Assembly: GCF_902459465.1 (NCBI RefSeq)
Contig: NC_047066.1
Location: forward strand, 1,736,001-1,800,000
Origin: Asterias rubens
Taxonomy: Eukaryota
Length of the DNA stretch: 64,000 bases
Direction: 5' to 3'
Shown: positions 61,601-64,000 of the stretch, piece by piece
Numbering within the stretch: position 1 is the first letter of the stretch
How the letters are laid out: every line of letters starts with the position of its first letter
The notes under the pieces: model-generated
The model's database searches: none
Seen by the model: the letters and a program-made list of their open reading frames with translations, nothing else
What the model was told of the DNA's origin: nothing
Translations under genes and position numbers: made by a program

Positions 61601-63664
61601 TTGTGACTAAGCAAGTCATTGTACCAGACATTATTCAAATAAAACTTAAAGACACTGGACACTATTGGTAATTGTCAAAGAAAATTGTCTGAAAATTTGA
61701 GCTCAATCGGTCATCAAAGTTGCGAGATAATAATAATAGAAAAAACGCCCTTGTCACACGAAGTTGTGTGCTTTCAGATGCTTGATTTCAAGACCTCAAA
61801 TTCTAAATCTGAGGTCTCGAAATCAAATTCGTGGTAAATCACTTCTTTCTCGAAAAGTACTCCACTTCAGAGTGAGCCGTTTCTCACAATGTTATATACT
61901 ACCAACCTCTCCCCATTACTCGTTACCAAGAAAGGTTTTATGCTAATAATTATTTTGAGTAATTACCAATAGTGTCCACTGCCTTTGAACATGGCATCAT
62001 TCAGCCATAGTGAGGCTGAATACAAAATTAGTATGGGACCTAAATGAATGAGAATCAGCATGTGTATTCAGTATTAAGAATACAGGGAGCCAGACAAAGG
62101 TCTAGCATAATGTTGCCTAGAGCAGGCGTGATATTCATTCTACTTAATTCTGATTTCCAATTGTTTAGCCCTCAACAAAATTGTTATTAAAGAGCCTAGA
62201 AAATTCTTTAAAAGCCAACCATACATGTATGTAGGTCAGCCCTTGTACTCAAAATACTTTTCACCCTTTTCCAAGGGCATAGGCCCTTTTCGAAACCACG
62301 GCTTCGGCTCCCGATTCGGCTCAGGCTAGCTTGGCCCCGCAGTTGTATTGACAATTATGCGTGCTTTGCGTACACGCGCTCGGGGCTTCAGACGAGAGAA
62401 CGGAGCCTGAAGGCGAATCCAAAGCAGAAGCCGTGGATTCGAAAAAGGCCCTAATATGATTCCTTCAAAAGACAGAATTGGCATGTGAAGTCAGTGTTCA
62501 TGTTTAAATGCATGCCTAGTGAAAGTTGTAAATATCACCTGTTTTGTATTGCTGTGTGAAAATGAATGTTGAATGAATTAATCTGCACGAGTTTGTCTTG
62601 TGCTTACACACCCTGTATAAAAGGATAATAATTTTAGTATTTAATGTTTAAGTGCACTGATGCCAATACGAACCTCACTGGTCAAAACATTAATATAAAT
62701 CTTACCAGCTTGATGCAAGGTAAAAACAACTGTCCATCAAAAAGAGGCCATTGTCACATGTTATTTTGGATGGTAACTTGTTACTGGTCAGGAAATGAAA
62801 TTTGATGTTGAGTGGGTGTACATCATGAAATATGCAAATCTTACTTTAAAACAGTCTAGTACATCTACCTTTATGTGTAACTATAAAAATGTTTTTTCTT
62901 TAGATACTCTCGCTGTACCCCCTCGCTCACCTAGAACCCCCCGTAGCAACATGGTACATTCCATAAAGCACCGGTAAGTTCCTTTTTTTTTTAAAGACCC
63001 GGTCACACAGGCCCCGACAACGAGAACGAAAACAAGAACTATTAAAAAGCACGCCCTCGATTGAATGAATGGGAGTGGGCGTATTCTGCGTGGAGCATTT
63101 CAACCAATAGAATGCGTTCTCTTTGCGTCGTAATCGTTATCGTTTTCGTTATCGCTGCAGTGTGACTTGACCTTAAGACATTAGTTCATGAATTTATCAG
63201 CTGTGATTGACATGATATTAATTTCAGGGATGAGAAACTTCAGACTAGTATCAGATTCTGATTTTCGCTGCTGTACTTTTCTCCAATTAAAACAAAACAT
63301 GCTCTTTGAACTACTTTTCCAGCGCAGGGGATACTGTTCCTAAAAGCACTGTTACTAAAAGCTCCTTTAACTCCAGGAGTTACCAAAGGGTGGAACTGCC
63401 ATAATTTTGACACATTTTCAATTAAGTCTGGATTCCCAATTTCAGACTTTTTTGTCAGCAATGACTCTAATTCCTGTAATTTCAAATGATTTATAAACGT
63501 AAAATAGATATTGCATTTATGTGTAAATCATTATAGGTTTTTAAGATATTGACCATACATTTTCTTTTTCTTTTTAGGTTTAGCAAAAAGAAATTCTTCC
63601 CTCCTCAAAACTGTGATTACTGCCACAAGATTATGCTGAATGGCTACAAATGTAAAGATTGCAG
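30284..63664 (+). CDS. KSR: Kinase suppressor of Ras (KSR1/2-like scaffold), 5' part: join(30284..30430,47652..47798,54044..54191,55979(or 55940)..56366,57867..58045,62904..62973,63578..63664); continues right of the window
   Basis: CC-SAM: ALENLRAIQSVIDGRISSLDGLR..TQHEIKTVE|GKLVQLFGRQL...FPNLRQWLHVVD. Pro-rich CA2: TVTPPQTP..KGTPPP. 14-3-3-type site: LKRCKSTE. SSGGSCE. TLAVPPRSP...SIKHR|FSKK..CDYCHKIMLNGYKCKDC is the start of the C1 domain. Splice phases are consistent throughout. Confidence 0.92.
30949..31318. mobile_element. Nested inverted-repeat element: outer TIR of about 47 bp, inner MITE at 31088-31234
   Basis: AGCGAAACAGTCACAAATTTCCCAGGTTCTATTTT(T)GAACCTGTCGCT at both ends; inner GACTAAACCATTCTGTAAAA...TTTTACAGAATGGTTTAGTC. 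Confidence 0.8.
34250..34430. mobile_element. About 180-200 bp interspersed repeat; other copies at about 21760-21895, 35705-35860 and 43910-44085
   Basis: Shared tttgaaagggcaagggcacc...ttcaagggcaccaaggcaatg...caggcctg blocks. Confidence 0.6.
37607..38123. mobile_element. Bipartite TTATATAA/palindrome element with GGCTCCGCC centre, containing a perfect 41-bp inverted repeat
   Basis: ttatataac..gatccttgccatttgattgg at 37607; ttatataaaacaaata at 37948; palindrome at about 37958-38120. Confidence 0.72.
39704..39835 (+). mobile_element. tRNA-derived SINE
   Basis: A box TAGCTCAGTTGG and B box GGTTCAAATCC; no intact cloverleaf; non-tRNA tail. Confidence 0.6.
40055..41063. mobile_element. Foldback-type transposon with minisatellite-containing inverted arms and a 9-bp TSD
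   Basis: GGTTTTAAC at 40046-40054 and 41064-41072; ends GGTTAC...GTCACC; arms built of a 16-bp unit CCGACACCCCTAT(G/A)TT in opposite orientations. Confidence 0.85.
42650..42930 (+). mobile_element. L2/CR1-clade LINE 3' fragment
   Basis: DRALLYAAPNLWNNLPPCIRQSSSLNVFKSKLKTHLF plus an (ATT)n tail. Confidence 0.78.
46880..47617 (-). mobile_element. Kolobok-type MITE, subfamily A, spanning an assembly gap
   Basis: Body on both sides of the N run; ends gtgtccagtgtct|TTAA. Confidence 0.7.
47184..47528. other. Assembly gap (345 N)
   Basis: Run of N. Confidence 1.
47652..47798 (+). CDS. KSR: KSR exon 2 (CC-SAM), not in the ORF track
   Basis: ttctgcag|GKLVQLFGRQLAIKQRVKNNGYYMDNELNQFPNLRQWLHVVDIQGNAVE|GTAAAG. 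Confidence 0.92.
48789..48975. other. Assembly gap (187 N)
   Basis: Run of N. Confidence 1.
49562..50364 (+). mobile_element. Kolobok-type MITE, subfamily A, interrupted by a bipartite palindrome element at 49870-50327
   Basis: TTAA on both flanks; the host sequence tgtttTATActatcaac is split with TATA on both sides of the insert. Confidence 0.85.
50621..50989. mobile_element. Kolobok-type MITE related to subfamily B
   Basis: TTAA|AGGAACATCACAGAAAATTGG ... CCAATTCTGTAACGTTCCT|TTAA. Confidence 0.78.
53881..53980. mobile_element. 100-bp imperfect palindrome centred on GACTTCGTC
   Basis: TAGTGGTTTAAACCC..AGGCCTGGTTCTTTATAATTTTACC ... GGTAAAATTATCAAGAACCAGGCCT..GGGATTAAACCACTA. Confidence 0.7.
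54044..54191 (+). CDS. KSR: KSR exon 3 (SAM)
   Basis: ttcccacag|KMLDKLQDLSALLDMAEPDIRSLGVHCDCDEKLTRRLLASSKNLKKAFK G|GTAAAC. Confidence 0.85.
54250..54660 (-). mobile_element. Decayed L2-like LINE 3' fragment
   Basis: Frameshifted GNRAFSVAAT..WN / SSISSFKSQLKTHLF on the minus strand. Confidence 0.55.
55540..55850 (-). mobile_element. Non-LTR retrotransposon 3' ORF2 fragment
   Basis: SAERIIGASLPSLESIYYDRMCKRTRSLMQDKFHPAADYFQFLPSNRRLK matches the LPSL..IY..R...A..I..D..HP...F..LPS.RR C-terminal pattern of CR1-group elements. Confidence 0.65.
55979..56366 (+). CDS. KSR: KSR exon 4 (Pro-rich CA2); the acceptor could instead be at 55940
   Basis: ITPP, VTPPQTP, GTPPP, LKRCKSTE; phase-2 donor AG|GTACAG matches the next exon. 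Confidence 0.85.
57867..58045 (+). CDS. KSR: KSR exon 5, not in the ORF track
   Basis: ttacag|A IKGSKIPAALKKQSSGGSCEANLNYSRRFSEDTMDSSRTSPQKGSPGRYNSVCAFEGKA A|GTGAGT. Its phases bridge exons 4 and 6, and SSGGSCE resembles vertebrate KSR2 SSVGSCE. Confidence 0.82.
61650..61984 (+). mobile_element. Kolobok-type MITE, subfamily A
   Basis: TTAA|AGACACTGGACACTATTGG ... CCAATAGTGTCCACTGCCT|TTGA. Confidence 0.82.
62280..62453. mobile_element. Small MITE (possibly PIF/Harbinger-type)
   Basis: TAGGCCCTTTTCGAAACCACGGCTTC ... GAAGCCGTGGATTCGAAAAAGGCCCTA. Confidence 0.6.
62904..62973 (+). CDS. KSR: KSR exon 6
   Basis: tttag|AT TLAVPPRSPRTPRSNMVHSIKH CG|GTAAGT. Confidence 0.9.
63578..63664 (+). CDS. KSR: KSR exon 7 (first half of the C1 domain)
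   Basis: tttttag|G FSKKKFFPPQNCDYCHKIMLNGYKCKDC AG|GTAGGT. Confidence 0.9.
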
Positions 63665-64000
63665 GTAGGTGCAGACCTTTTACTTAATATTTTTGAAGAA
63701 GAAAAAAACATTTACATTTAGCATGTTTTTAAAGATTTAATTTGGGGTTGAAAAAGAAAATTGACTATAGCCAGGGATCACACCCAAGTTTACGATATAA
63801 CCTGAGGAGTGGCAGCAGAGGGATCACCTTTCATTCAAAACATCAAGCAATGAAAACTGGGAAAGTTGTTTTATGGTTCCGGATTGAACAAAGAAAATTG
63901 ACATGCCAACTCTCTTCAAACTGATTGAAATTGTAGATCTTTTTTGGAGACACAAACTGGGACATTTGGATGCAATTATATATTCTATAAATTTCTTAAA

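Noticed and set aside
63593-63604. KSR ERK-docking FxFP motif (KFFPP)
   Set aside because: The spacing is FFP rather than FxFP and it lies in the C1 domain; the known DEF site is further C-terminal, beyond the window.

Overview
Eukaryotic, AT-rich, intron-rich animal DNA. It is most consistent with an invertebrate deuterostome, probably an echinoderm such as a sea star; this is inferred from protein similarity and repeat style, not proven. I reconstructed four spliced genes by hand from GT-AG sites and reading-frame continuity, arranged as two head-to-head pairs. PIGS (minus strand, first 2 coding exons, runs off the left end) pairs with PPM1D/Wip1 (plus, 4 exons, 753 aa). RFC5 (minus, 10 exons, 332 aa) pairs with KSR (plus, first 7 exons up to the C1 domain, runs off the right end). 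Each pair has only about 0.5 kb between start codons. Introns and intergenic DNA are packed with non-autonomous transposons (Kolobok-type TTAA MITEs, a foldback element with a 9-bp TSD, MITEs with 6-bp TSDs, bipartite long-palindrome elements), tRNA-derived SINEs, L2/CR1-type LINE 3' ends and several minisatellite arrays. There are two N gaps. I found no CRISPR array, rRNA or convincing tRNA gene. The most notable items are the PPM1D tail (a 10x SPxK repeat, a PxLxRxNA[FY] motif shared with human, and an extra Trp/Cys-rich segment), the compact RFC5-KSR divergent pair, an intronic array of hairpin-forming 104-bp units, and a family of elements built around GNA mini-hairpin palindromes.
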